From Oculatellaceae cyanobacterium bins.114 (GTDB taxonomy: Bacteria > Cyanobacteriota > Cyanobacteriia > Elainellales > Elainellaceae): DNA of 37,768 nt. Position numbers and translations under genes: made by a program. The notes beneath the pieces are model-generated. The model was not told the DNA's origin and did not search any database. It saw nothing but the letters and a program-made list of their open reading frames with translations. Shown here in pieces: positions 1 through 10,222 of this stretch (positions within the stretch are counted from its first letter, which is position 1; the number at the start of each line of letters is the position of its first letter). The stretch spans positions 1 through 37,768 of the forward strand of contig JANRJA010000251.1 of NCBI GenBank assembly GCA_033764315.1, read 5' to 3'.

Positions 1-112
1 CGAATAAATTCGCGGCTATCAGAGCGAAGTTCGCCTTCGCGAACTACAGAAAATCAAGGGTTGAGTGAACCGACGCAGGTCGGTTTTGCTCCTGTAGTTG
101 CGGTTTCAACCG
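1..112. repeat. REP-doublet-like element: two inverted 45-nt double-hairpin units
   Basis: 1-45 has hairpins CGAAT-aa-ATTCG and AGTTCGC-cttc-GCGAACT. 68-112 has the mirror layout AACCGAC-gcag-GTCGGTT and CGGTT-tc-AACCG, with GTAG at 94-97. May be cut by the window edge. Confidence 0.65.
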
Positions 113-355
113 CCAAAATCCTTATCCCGAATTCACGTTAATTTACCCTCATTCCAACCCTTCCCTCAGAAACCAGTTAGTCCTTCACCCTCAGCACGAC
201 CGCTTCCCCTGCCACTCTCCCAATAGACCCCACTCTATGCACTATTAGGTGCGAGTTCAATGCCCAGCATCACCAGATATTGTGAAAAAAGAGTAACATT
301 AATATTGGTTTGACTATGACTCACGATTTAACCCACTCTCAGCGGTGACTTAACG

Positions 356-718
356 GTGTTTGTTCTTAGCGGCTACGAATATTTCTTAGGCTTTTTACTG
401 ATTTGTGCCTTCATTCCTGTGGCAGCACTGGGCACAGCCTATGTGCTCTCTCCTCACCGTAAGGGAGTTGAGCGACGCCTGACGTATGAATCGGGAATGG
501 AACCGATTGGTGGTGCTTGGATCCAGTTCAATATTCGCTACTATATGTTTGCGCTGGTTTTCGTCATCTTTGATGTTGAAACCGTATTTCTTTATCCTTG
601 GGCTGTTGCTTTTAACCGATTGGGGTTACTAGCGTTTATTGAAGCCCTCGTCTTTATCGCAATTCTAGTCGTTGGTCTTGTTTACGCTTGGCGGAAAGGA
701 GCCTTGGAATGGTCATGA
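356..718 (+). CDS. ndhC: NDH-1 subunit C (NdhC/NuoA)
   Basis: MFVLSGYEY start (GTG), [31 protein letters not shown] end. Confidence 0.98.
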   Translation: MFVLSGYEYFLGFLLICAFIPVAALGTAYVLSPHRKGVERRLTYESGMEPIGGAWIQFNIRYYMFALVFVIFDVETVFLYPWAVAFNRLGLLAFIEALVFIAILVVGLVYAWRKGALEWS

Positions 719-1431
719 ACCTCACTACCCAAGATGGGATTACTAGTCCAATTGGGCGACCTGAGGTCACTCAAGATTTGTCAGAAAACGTCATCTTGAC
801 GACTGTTGATGACTTGCACAACTGGGCACGTCTCTCTAGTCTTTGGCCTCTGTTATATGGCACTGCCTGTTGCTTTATCGAGTTTGCAGCTTTGATTGGG
901 TCGCGGTTTGACTTCGACCGCTTTGGTCTGATCCCTCGTTCTAGCCCTCGCCAGGCTGACTTGATCATTACCGCAGGCACGATCACCATGAAAATGGCTC
1001 CGGCTTTGGTGCGGTTATATGAGCAGATGCCTGACCCAAAATATGTGATCGCGATGGGGGCTTGCACCATCACAGGGGGCATGTTTAGCTCAGACTCGCC
1101 TACGGCTGTGCGTGGGGTAGATAAGTTGATTCCGGTAGATGTCTATATTCCCGGTTGTCCTCCTCGTCCAGAAGCGATCATTGACGCCATCATCAAGTTG
1201 CGGAAAAAGATTTCTAACGAAGCGATTCAAGAGCGGGGAAGCTTTGATCAAACGCACCGCTACTATACGCGATCGCACAAGTTGAAGCCCACCTCCGACA
1301 TCTTGACAGGTAAGTATCTGCGTGCTGAGACTCGTCAGGCTCCTCCTAAAGAGCTCATGGAGGCAATGGGTCTACCTGTTTCTCCCGCACTAGAAGAAAC
1401 GCGGAATAAGGAGGCTGTCGATCGTGGCTGA
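709..1431 (+). CDS. ndhK: NDH-1 subunit K (NdhK/NuoB)
   Basis: [17 protein letters not shown] and PGCPP Fe-S motifs. Start placed at ATG 709 (715 possible), overlapping the ndhC stop. Confidence 0.97.
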   Translation: MVMNLTTQDGITSPIGRPEVTQDLSENVILTTVDDLHNWARLSSLWPLLYGTACCFIEFAALIGSRFDFDRFGLIPRSSPRQADLIITAGTITMKMAPALVRLYEQMPDPKYVIAMGACTITGGMFSSDSPTAVRGVDKLIPVDVYIPGCPPRPEAIIDAIIKLRKKISNEAIQERGSFDQTHRYYTRSHKLKPTSDILTGKYLRAETRQAPPKELMEAMGLPVSPALEETRNKEAVDRG

Positions 1432-1963
1432 AGAAACCCCAAATCAAGAGTCTTCTCTTGCGACTAGTGAGTCTAGTAGTGCTGTAGAAGCGGGAAAGAC
1501 TTCGCGCTGGCTGACTGAGAATGGCTTTGAACACGAATTTTTAGAACTTGATCACAGTGGGGTCGAGGTTCTAAAAATCGATCGCGATTTCTTAGTTCCC
1601 TTTGCAACGGCTCTCTATGCTTATGGCTTCAACTATTTGCAATGTCAAGCAGCATATGACGTTGGCCCAGGTGATCAGCTCGTTAGCACTTATCATTTGA
1701 TCAAACTCAGCGATAACGCCGATCGCCCAGATGAAGTTCGGGTCAAGGTTTTCTTACCTCGCGAAGATCCTCGAGTTCCGTCTGTCTACTGGATTTGGAA
1801 GGCAGCTGACTGGCAAGAGCGTGAGAGCTACGACATGTATGGGATTGTCTATGAAGGACACCCCAACCTCAAACGTATTTTGATGCCTGAAGATTGGGTG
1901 GGTTATCCTCTCCGTAAGGATTATATCTCCCCTGATTTCTACGAACTGCAAGACGCTTACTAA
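1424..1963 (+). CDS. ndhJ: NDH-1 subunit J (NdhJ/NuoC)
   Basis: [14 protein letters not shown] and GYPLRKDY motifs; ndhCKJ gene order. Confidence 0.97.
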   Translation: MAEETPNQESSLATSESSSAVEAGKTSRWLTENGFEHEFLELDHSGVEVLKIDRDFLVPFATALYAYGFNYLQCQAAYDVGPGDQLVSTYHLIKLSDNADRPDEVRVKVFLPREDPRVPSVYWIWKAADWQERESYDMYGIVYEGHPNLKRILMPEDWVGYPLRKDYISPDFYELQDAY

Positions 1964-2087
1964 GTACTGTTTACAGATAGGGTTCGGAAATAAAACCAAG
2001 GGGGGTTTGAGGGCTTTGTCCCCAGCCGGGGGTTTTACCCCTGCACCCCTCATTCCGTATCCCTTTCAGGGTGACGGGTACTAAGTA
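1958..2087. mobile_element. Candidate MITE at the ndhJ stop codon
   Basis: TACTAAGTA at both 1958-1966 and 2079-2087; imperfect inverted ends (GATAGGGTTCGGAA / TTCCGTATCCCTTTC); G/C-run hairpins inside (GGGG-tttta-CCCC). Confidence 0.5.
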
Positions 2088-2106
2088 AACGTTAGTGGCT
2101 TCAGCA

Positions 2107-2140
2107 AAAAATCCCGGTTCCTTAAAAGAACCGGGATTTT
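2107..2140. terminator. Bidirectional terminator-like hairpin between convergent ndhJ and GNAT genes
   Basis: AAAATCCCGGTTC-cttaaaa-GAACCGGGATTTT, a perfect 13-bp stem with A/T tails. Confidence 0.7.
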
Positions 2141-2143
2141 GCA

Positions 2144-3109
2144 TTACACCAGTGGTTTGACATAGGACAAGCGGGTGTGTAACTGCCGAAATCCGACAGA
2201 TTCATACAACTGCAAAGCCTGATTTGGGTTTTGAGTATCAACCCCCAATTTGGCGGTGTCTATTCCAGACTCCCAGAGACGGTGCATTCCCGCCAACAAC
2301 ATGGCACGTCCTAAACCCAAACGACGAAAGCCGCGCCGTGTCCCCAATATGTCAATCCACCCTTCATGGCATTGGTGATGACTGTTATATTCGCGATTGA
2401 TATAGCATGAGCAAAACGCGGCAAAGGTGCCATCGGGGGCGATCGCCACTAGATCAAGCTCTGAGCAATAGTTAGGATTATTCTCTAACCAATAAGAGTG
2501 CTCTTCAACGGTTAATGGGTGGTGGTTCCAGTGGTCAATAAAGGATTGGTTATACGCCTCGACCCAAGCGGTTACATCCCCTAGACCCTGGCAATGGCGG
2601 ATTGTAAACCCTTCTAACACCTGCGGCTCTGGAATCGGTGGAATCAGCGATTTAATCATGGTGAGAAATTGGCGATCGACCGTAAACCCAGCTTTTTCTA
2701 ACAGCCGTATGGTATCGAGTTGATCGCTTCGACAACCAACTCGCAGATGAACTGGTATTCCTTTGAGTCGTCCTATCTCTCGCAAGCGTTGTTCACCCCA
2801 CGCCATCATATCTGTCTCAATATGACTCCCACGTACCTCAGGGTGAACTCGAAACCACAACCAACCATCTACATCGGTAGTTGCTTGAGGCACCCAAATC
2901 TGGGTAAACCCAATTAATCTGTCTGTCTCGTCATACCACAACCGCAAGTCACGGCTTTGGTCTAACAAAGGATCGTTAAACTCAACCCGTAATTCAGTTG
3001 GAGTGTAGTACTGATCTAGCTGATCGACGGCTGCGCAGTGATTCAGCAAATCTGCGATCGCCTGTAGATCAGTGTCTCCGGCATAGGGGCGTACCGATAA
3101 GGTCAACAT
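2144..3109 (-). CDS. Tandem GNAT-domain N-acetyltransferase
   Basis: Two acetyl-CoA-binding-type motifs (VHPEVRGSHI; GTRRGFRRLGLGRAML) and ALQLYESVGF. Confidence 0.88.
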   Translation of the reverse strand: MLTLSVRPYAGDTDLQAIADLLNHCAAVDQLDQYYTPTELRVEFNDPLLDQSRDLRLWYDETDRLIGFTQIWVPQATTDVDGWLWFRVHPEVRGSHIETDMMAWGEQRLREIGRLKGIPVHLRVGCRSDQLDTIRLLEKAGFTVDRQFLTMIKSLIPPIPEPQVLEGFTIRHCQGLGDVTAWVEAYNQSFIDHWNHHPLTVEEHSYWLENNPNYCSELDLVAIAPDGTFAAFCSCYINREYNSHHQCHEGWIDILGTRRGFRRLGLGRAMLLAGMHRLWESGIDTAKLGVDTQNPNQALQLYESVGFRQLHTRLSYVKPLV

Positions 3110-3305
3110 AATGCATTACCATCCAAACCGTTGGATTGTTCTTGCTACTACCACACCCATCCAGACCATTACAGAAATCACTCTCTAACCCCAGCAGACT
3201 TCAGCCTGAGTTAAGCTGTTTGCAGCATGAACCAAACACGTCTCAGCATAAGTTAGGGCGATCGCCACAATCCCAGACGGAAGGAGGATAGCCTTTCACC
3301 TCAAT

Positions 3306-3335
3306 ATACTACATAAATACTACAAAAATGTAACA
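3306..3335. promoter_or_regulatory. Candidate regulator site: three direct repeats with 11-bp period
   Basis: ATACTACA 3306-3313, ATACTACA 3317-3324, ATGTAACA 3328-3335 in a divergent intergenic region. Confidence 0.35.
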
Positions 3336-3516
3336 CCTTTAAAAACATGGCTCATCTCGATAGCAACCCTAAATCAGGATTGAGATGCGTGAGTTGCTGA
3401 TCGATTTGTGCTCTATTTTGAATAAGTGGGCATCTTTACCTTATATGGCTATAACTTTTAGGCAGCGTTGCCCCTCTGCTAATCATTTCCCCACCCCCGG
3501 TATTTGAGTTGTTGTC

Positions 3517-6459
3517 ATGCCATCAGACGTGTTACCAATTGACGCAACTGATTGGGAGCAGGTGATTGAGTTTCACCCATTAACCCTTGCTCCTACAACC
3601 CTCGTGGTTGATGCTCTTGCTGACTTCAATCACTCCGACTCGATCGTTGCAACATGTGCTTTTGTCATTTCCGATACCCAACACCTGCTGGGGGTTTTGA
3701 CTGAGCATACTATCTTGCGTTTAGTGGCTTTAGGCATTGACTTACACCAGGTGACAGTTTCCGAGGCTATGTCTCAACCTGCCGTAACTCTGTGTCGTGC
3801 AGATCTCAAAGATTTTTCTACGTTGTCAGCCTGCTTCAACCTTCAAAGCACTGATATCGTTGCCATTGTAGACCAGCACAGGCGATTAGTAGGCGCAATT
3901 TATCCTCATCGCTGGCAATCCTATTTATGTTCTCATTTCAGTCAATTGCAACATCAAATTGTGCAATTACAAACTGAAAATGACTATTTAAGGCGATCGC
4001 ACCCTCTCGATTTAAGCTCAAATTCATCCTCGATAGGCTTAGCGTCAAGTCAGCCTAAAACTGATCGAACTGTATTAGAAACGATTCCTGATTTGATGAT
4101 CCGAATGACAAGAAGGGGATTGTATCTTGATTTTTTGCCAGCCAAAAATTTCAAAACGATTATGCCCTTCTCGAGCATGACGGGCAAAACGATTTTTGAA
4201 ATATTGCCCCTGCCTCTAGCCGCGCAACGCATGCACTATGTAGAACAGGCTCTGCAAACGGGTGAAACTCAAGTTTATGAATTTGAAATCACAGTGGATG
4301 GAACTCTGGTTTATCAAGAGGCACGCATCACTCCCAGTGGGGCTAACGAAGTTATCGTCATGGTGCGAGATATTAGCGATCGCAAACAACGCGAAGCTCT
4401 TATCGAACAGATCAAAGTTGACCTATGTCAGGCTAAAACCAACCTAGAGGTACAGGTCAAAGAGCACACTAATGCGCTTGAAGCTGCCAATCAACGACTG
4501 CAATACGAAATCGCAGAACGCAAACGAATTGAGCGAGTCTTACGTGAAAATCAAATTTACCTCCGAATTATCAACAAAATTGCTACGTGTCTGACCTCTA
4601 ATTCATCGATTGACCAAATTATTCAGACAACCATTGAACAACTTAGAAAGTATTTCAAAACCCTACGTGTAGCCTATTTTGTTCTAGACGAAGACAACGT
4701 CATCTCCGTTGTCCATCAGTCTCAACCCGTCAGCCTACCCACCATCACTTCAGAAACCGATATTTCAACAGCCACTGAATGGGTCACTGCTCTCCGGCAA
4801 TTTGAGCCTGTCATTATTGAAAATGTTAACCAGTCTTTTATCTCGACTTCTCAAAAGAGGGCTTTGTTAGCCGAGAAAACTCAAGCATTACTAGATATCC
4901 CACTCAAGCACTCTGATACCGAGATTGGTATCTTAAGTTTTGAGTCGCCTGAGCCTCGTCGTTGGAGTGAATATGAGATTGCCACGCTCTTGGAGATTGC
5001 TAACTATCTCTCATTAGTCTTGCAGGAGGCAAACACTCAAAAACTCTATGAGTGGATCGAAGCTGCTTTATTGCAATCTCGGCAAACTAATGCACTATTA
5101 GCAACAGCGTTAGAGAAAGCAGGAGATGCGATCGAGATTACCAATGCCGAGTTGATGATTGAATATGTCAACCCTGCTTGGGAAAAGATGACAGGCTATA
5201 GCCGTACAGAGGCCATTGGCAAAAATCCAGGTACGTTGTTACAGGGTCATGAGCACAATGCTGCGCTGACTCGCCACATCGAAACTACTCTTGCCGCAGG
5301 ACAGGTGTGGCGCGGTGAAAGCACTGCCCACCGTCCAGATGGCACCTTGTTTTACCAAGACATCACTATTTCTCCAGTCCTAAACAGCATCGGCAAAATC
5401 GAGCATTATGTAGCTGTTAGACGTGACGTCACTGAGCGACGACAAGCAGAAGAGCAGTTGCAAAGCACTAATGCTGAAATGGCAGCCTTGTTTGCGGCTA
5501 TGACAGATCTAATCTTGGTATTTGATGCTCAGGGGTGTTGTCTCAAAACCCCAGTGCAACATAAAGGGTTACATGGATCAGGCAGCGATCGCCTTGGCAA
5601 AACGTTGCATGATACCTTTTCTCCCGATCTCGCAGATTATTTTCTGAGCTGTATTCAGCAATGCCTGAGTTCTCAAGAAACAATTAATGTTGAATACAGT
5701 TTGACCTTAGAAGATAACCAGACTCGCTGGTTTGATGCCAGCATTTCACCTATCAATGAAACCAGGGTGATTTGGGTTTCTAGAGATACGACCGAGCGTA
5801 AACAATCAGAGGAACAGCTAAAAGCATCTCTTCACGAGAAGGATTTGCTACTCAAGGAAGTCCATCATCGCGTAAAAAATAACATGCAGGTGATCTCTAG
5901 TATTTTTTCACTCCAGGCACAACATGTTACAGACCCCAATATTTTGTCCATCTTGGCAGATAGCCAAAATCGCATTCGTTCGATGGCATTAATCCATGAA
6001 AAGCTTTATCAAGCCAACTCACTTGCCAAGATTAATTTTGCTGACTATGTTCGTAGTTTGATTCAAAATTTATTTTCTACTTATCGAAATAAAGCCAATA
6101 AAATTCAACTTAATCTAAACATTTCAGATATCCCTTTGAATATTGATACGGCTATTCCCTGTGGACTGATTATTAATGAGCTTGTTTCAAATTCTTTGAA
6201 ACATGCATTTAGATCACAGCAAGCAGGAGAAATTATGATTTCCCTTGTCAGCCCAATTGAAGAGCAACTGCATTTAATCGTTAGAGATAATGGTATTGGT
6301 TTGCCTGCCGACTTGAATATTCACAAAACCGATTCATTAGGATTGCGATTAATTCGAGCGTTGAGCCGTCAATTAAATGGGCAATGGGAAATCTATAATG
6401 AGCATGGAACTGTCTTCAAAATCATCTTTCCTAAACTGACAGAACATTACTTGTCCTGA
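3517..6459 (+). CDS. Multi-sensor histidine kinase (CBS pair, PAS/PAC, GAF, HisKA_2, HATPase)
   Basis: CBS-like N-terminus; PAS/PAC ends (RDISDRK, RDVTERR, RDTTERK); H-box EVHHRVKNNMQ; NELVSNSLKHA, DNGIG, LGLRLI. Confidence 0.92.
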   Translation: MPSDVLPIDATDWEQVIEFHPLTLAPTTLVVDALADFNHSDSIVATCAFVISDTQHLLGVLTEHTILRLVALGIDLHQVTVSEAMSQPAVTLCRADLKDFSTLSACFNLQSTDIVAIVDQHRRLVGAIYPHRWQSYLCSHFSQLQHQIVQLQTENDYLRRSHPLDLSSNSSSIGLASSQPKTDRTVLETIPDLMIRMTRRGLYLDFLPAKNFKTIMPFSSMTGKTIFEILPLPLAAQRMHYVEQALQTGETQVYEFEITVDGTLVYQEARITPSGANEVIVMVRDISDRKQREALIEQIKVDLCQAKTNLEVQVKEHTNALEAANQRLQYEIAERKRIERVLRENQIYLRIINKIATCLTSNSSIDQIIQTTIEQLRKYFKTLRVAYFVLDEDNVISVVHQSQPVSLPTITSETDISTATEWVTALRQFEPVIIENVNQSFISTSQKRALLAEKTQALLDIPLKHSDTEIGILSFESPEPRRWSEYEIATLLEIANYLSLVLQEANTQKLYEWIEAALLQSRQTNALLATALEKAGDAIEITNAELMIEYVNPAWEKMTGYSRTEAIGKNPGTLLQGHEHNAALTRHIETTLAAGQVWRGESTAHRPDGTLFYQDITISPVLNSIGKIEHYVAVRRDVTERRQAEEQLQSTNAEMAALFAAMTDLILVFDAQGCCLKTPVQHKGLHGSGSDRLGKTLHDTFSPDLADYFLSCIQQCLSSQETINVEYSLTLEDNQTRWFDASISPINETRVIWVSRDTTERKQSEEQLKASLHEKDLLLKEVHHRVKNNMQVISSIFSLQAQHVTDPNILSILADSQNRIRSMALIHEKLYQANSLAKINFADYVRSLIQNLFSTYRNKANKIQLNLNISDIPLNIDTAIPCGLIINELVSNSLKHAFRSQQAGEIMISLVSPIEEQLHLIVRDNGIGLPADLNIHKTDSLGLRLIRALSRQLNGQWEIYNEHGTVFKIIFPKLTEHYLS

Positions 6460-6575
6460 TCATTCTAGTTCTGCTCAATTTCATACTCAATCAAGATTCA
6501 GTGTTGCCAATCCTATCTCTTTAGGAGCAATCAGAGTCAAGGTTAATTAATTTTTATTTCTCAGACTCTCTGCAT

Positions 6576-7727
6576 ATGTTAGCCACTAAAATTCTAATCG
6601 TTGAAGATGAGGCAATTGTAGCCGAAGATATCGCGAGTTGTCTGGAAAAGATGGGTTATCTCATTGTTGATATTGTGGCGTCAGGCAAGGCAGCGATCGC
6701 AGCAGCTATGAAACACTGTCCTGATTTAGTATTAATGGACATTGTGTTGCAAGGAGAGATGGATGGGATTGAAACCAGCCAATCTATTTGCTCAAAACTC
6801 AACATTCCCGTTGTCTATCTCACCGCTAATGCGGATGATGGCACTTTAAATAAGGCAAAAGAAACTGGACCTTTTGGCTATATTATTAAGCCGTTTAAAG
6901 ATCGAGAATTGCGGGCGGCGATCGAAATTGCCCTATCTCGATATCAAACAGAAATAGAAACTCAAAAAGCATTAGCCGCTGCGGAAGCATTAAGACAAAA
7001 AGCAGAAGAGATTAGTGAGTTAAAAAGTCGCTATCTATCTATGGCATCCCATGAGTTTCGGACTCCGCTTTCCATTATTCGGATGGCGGCAGAAATGTTG
7101 CAAAACTACAGTAATCAGATGCCAGAAGGTAAGAAACAGCAAAATCTTCAACGCATTCAATCAGCGACAGATAGCATGAGTTTTCTGTTAGAAGATGTTT
7201 TGATGCTAGGACAGGTGGAATCGGGCAGCGTAGAGATTTTATTAGTGCCCATTGAGTTGGTCAGTTTTTGTCAAGAGATGATCGAAATGTTGCAACTCAA
7301 TGCAGGTGAAAAGCATTGTTTGCAATTTCATTGTTCTAAACACAGAATTGAGGCGATGTTAGATGAGAAATTGTTGTGGTATTTGTTAAACAATTTATTA
7401 GTGAATGCCATTAAGTATTCTCCTGAAGGGGGCAGTGTCATGCTAACCCTTTGCCACCAGGACGATACCCTTTACTTTAAAGTGCAGGATTGGGGGATTG
7501 GCATTCCCCTGGAACACCAAGACCAAATATTTGAGCCTTTTAAGCGAGCTAAAAATGTGGGCAAAATTCCAGGCACTGGTTTAGGCTTGGCGATCGCCAA
7601 ACGGTCAGTTGATTTGCATGGGGGCAAAATCAGTGTCACTAGTACTCTAGGAGAAGGGACAACGTTTACAGTTCAACTTCCCTTCCACCCCATTTCGCTA
7701 CAACCCTCTCATGAATCCGTGGCTTGA
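6576..7727 (+). CDS. Hybrid receiver-histidine kinase (REC-HisKA-HATPase)
   Basis: ILIVEDE, DLVLMD and KPF receiver motifs; SHEFRTPL H-box; NAIKYS, DWGIGI, GTGLGLAI. Confidence 0.93.
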   Translation: MLATKILIVEDEAIVAEDIASCLEKMGYLIVDIVASGKAAIAAAMKHCPDLVLMDIVLQGEMDGIETSQSICSKLNIPVVYLTANADDGTLNKAKETGPFGYIIKPFKDRELRAAIEIALSRYQTEIETQKALAAAEALRQKAEEISELKSRYLSMASHEFRTPLSIIRMAAEMLQNYSNQMPEGKKQQNLQRIQSATDSMSFLLEDVLMLGQVESGSVEILLVPIELVSFCQEMIEMLQLNAGEKHCLQFHCSKHRIEAMLDEKLLWYLLNNLLVNAIKYSPEGGSVMLTLCHQDDTLYFKVQDWGIGIPLEHQDQIFEPFKRAKNVGKIPGTGLGLAIAKRSVDLHGGKISVTSTLGEGTTFTVQLPFHPISLQPSHESVA

Positions 7728-7758
7728 TCTTTACTTAATTTGCCTAAACGCTTCACTT

Positions 7759-8679
7759 CTACAAGCACCGCTCAATCGTAGCGGCTACTGATTGAGCCAG
7801 CGCATCAAAATGATATCCCCCTTCTAAGCCAAATAAAACCCGACGGGTGACGCTCAAGCAATAGTCTGCCAACACTCCATAATCTTGTGGTTGTAGACAA
7901 ATCCCTGCTAACGGATCCTCTCGATTGGCATCATATCCTGCACTAACGATCAGCAGGTCAGGCTGAAATCGCCTCAACGTTGGTACTACTTGGGTTTCAA
8001 AGAGAGGTTGATAATCGGTTAGGGTGCTGCCCGATGGCATCGGAAAATTGATGACATTATTATGAACCCCCTGCTCTTGGATAGACCCGGTTCCTGGATA
8101 TTGGGGGAACTCATGCAACGAGCAAAACAAAATATTGCGATGGGTCTCAACGATCGCTTGAGTACCATTGCCGTGGTGCACATCCCAATCTAAGATGGCG
8201 ACCCGCTCTACCCCAGACTGTTGTAAAGCATAGAGAGCCGCGATCGCCGCATTAGAAAAAATGCAAAACCCCATGCCCAACTCTGGTAAAGCGTGATGTC
8301 CTGGTGGACGAGCAATGACAAAGGTAGGAGCGTTTGTTTCTAGAACGCGATCGATGCCATCAAGCCACGCACTGACGGCTAACAAGGCCACATCATAGCT
8401 ACGAGGCGAGACTGGCGTATCGGGGTCAATGTGCCCACCACCACGATGGGCTAACGCTTTGACAGCCGAGACATAACGAGGCGGATGCACCGCATACAAT
8501 GCATCGGTCAGACGGGTTCCTTGGGCATCCACCGCAGTGGGCGATCGCCAATCTAATTGATTTGCCCAAGATGCTGACTTTAAAGCGGTTGTAATCGCCT
8601 GTAACCGCCCTGCATTTTCAGGGTGATAGTAGCCAGTGTCGTGCTGCAAAAATTCGTCGCTGTAGACGATAGAAACCAT
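7759..8679 (-). CDS. Histone deacetylase family protein
   Basis: HPE, RPPGHHA, GFCIFSN, DWDVHHGNGTQ, SAGYD, LEGGY. Start trimmed to ATG 8679 (8691 possible). Confidence 0.93.
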   Translation of the reverse strand: MVSIVYSDEFLQHDTGYYHPENAGRLQAITTALKSASWANQLDWRSPTAVDAQGTRLTDALYAVHPPRYVSAVKALAHRGGGHIDPDTPVSPRSYDVALLAVSAWLDGIDRVLETNAPTFVIARPPGHHALPELGMGFCIFSNAAIAALYALQQSGVERVAILDWDVHHGNGTQAIVETHRNILFCSLHEFPQYPGTGSIQEQGVHNNVINFPMPSGSTLTDYQPLFETQVVPTLRRFQPDLLIVSAGYDANREDPLAGICLQPQDYGVLADYCLSVTRRVLFGLEGGYHFDALAQSVAATIERCL

Positions 8680-8829
8680 AGAGTGTGTCATGGGGAGCTT
8701 TTTTCCCATCCTAAACCCAACCTCGCGCTTTCTCTTCATCCGCTGTTAACCAAATTGGGCTAGTTCTGTGGCAATCTGGACAGTAGAACAAAAAAATTAG
8801 TTATCGCTGTATATCTTCACTCACAGCAT

Positions 8830-10053
8830 ATGCAAACTCTGCCCACTCCTGTTGCCTCTACTCCATCCCTTCAGTTCTCAACTGACATGGCGATTCCTCG
8901 ACGGAAAACACGCCCTGTGCCCGTTGGTGACCTCTTTATTGGTGGAGACTACCCCGTCGCTGTGCAATCCATGATTAACGAAGACACGTTAGACATTGAT
9001 GGCTCAGTGGCGGCGATCCGACGGTTGCATGAGATCGGCTGTGAAATTGTCCGGGTGACAGTGCCCAGCATGGCTCACGCCAAAGCGATGGAAGAAATTC
9101 GGCAGAAGTTATATAGTTCCTACAAGCCTGTGCCGCTAGTGGCAGATGTGCACCACAACGGCATGAAAATTGCGTTAGAAGTCGCTAACTATGTCGATAA
9201 CGTGCGGATTAATCCGGGTCTGTACGTGTTTGAAAAGCCTAAGAGCGATCGCACCGAGTATACCGAAAGCGAATTTAACGAGATTGGTGAAAAAATACGC
9301 GAGACTTTAGAGCCGCTGGTTGTTTCCCTGCGGGAACAGGGCAAATCCATGCGCATTGGGGTCAACCACGGCTCTTTGGCAGAACGCATGCTGTTTACCT
9401 ACGGCGACACCCCAGAAGGTATGGTGGAGTCAGCGTTAGAGTTCATTCGCATCTGTGAATCGCTTAACTTTTACAATATTGAGATTTCCCTTAAAGCCTC
9501 CAGGGTTCCAGTGATGATTGCGGCTAATCGCCTGATGGTGCGCCGCATGGATGAGTTTGGCATGGACTACCCTCTACATCTCGGCGTTACTGAAGCTGGA
9601 GACGGTGAGTATGGGCGGATTAAGTCAACCGCTGGAATTGGCACTCTCTTAGCCGAAGGCATCGGAGATACCATTCGAGTATCGCTCACAGAAGCCCCTG
9701 AAAAAGAAATTCCGGTTTGCTATAGCATTTTGCAAGCTCTGGGCTTACGGCGCACGATGGTTGAATATGTCGCCTGTCCCTCTTGTGGTCGCACCTTATT
9801 TAATCTCGAAGAAGTGCTTCACAAAGTCCGAGAGGCAACTAACCATCTCACCGGGCTAAACATTGCCGTCATGGGTTGCATTGTCAATGGCCCTGGTGAA
9901 ATGGCAGATGCCGATTATGGATATGTCGGCAAACAAGCGGGCTATATCTCACTTTATAGAGGTCGAGAAGAAATTAAAAAAGTCCCCGAAGATCAAGGAG
10001 TGAGTGAGTTGATTAACTTGATCAAAGCGGATGGTCGTTGGGTTGAGCCTTGA
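8830..10053 (+). CDS. ispG: (E)-4-hydroxy-3-methylbut-2-enyl-diphosphate synthase
   Basis: [43 protein letters not shown]. Confidence 0.98.
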   Translation: MQTLPTPVASTPSLQFSTDMAIPRRKTRPVPVGDLFIGGDYPVAVQSMINEDTLDIDGSVAAIRRLHEIGCEIVRVTVPSMAHAKAMEEIRQKLYSSYKPVPLVADVHHNGMKIALEVANYVDNVRINPGLYVFEKPKSDRTEYTESEFNEIGEKIRETLEPLVVSLREQGKSMRIGVNHGSLAERMLFTYGDTPEGMVESALEFIRICESLNFYNIEISLKASRVPVMIAANRLMVRRMDEFGMDYPLHLGVTEAGDGEYGRIKSTAGIGTLLAEGIGDTIRVSLTEAPEKEIPVCYSILQALGLRRTMVEYVACPSCGRTLFNLEEVLHKVREATNHLTGLNIAVMGCIVNGPGEMADADYGYVGKQAGYISLYRGREEIKKVPEDQGVSELINLIKADGRWVEP

Positions 10054-10222
10054 TCAGGCTCAATGGCAGTTCGCCCAATCGAGTATAATCAGCTTTTTCT
10101 GGTAAATTTCTCCGATCAAATTCTTAATGGTCTAATCTACCCAATGATCACGTTCTAGAGAAGTCTATGCTAGATTGGGCGTACTAACTTTAACCCTTGT
10201 CTCTCCTCCCTTCATGCAAATT

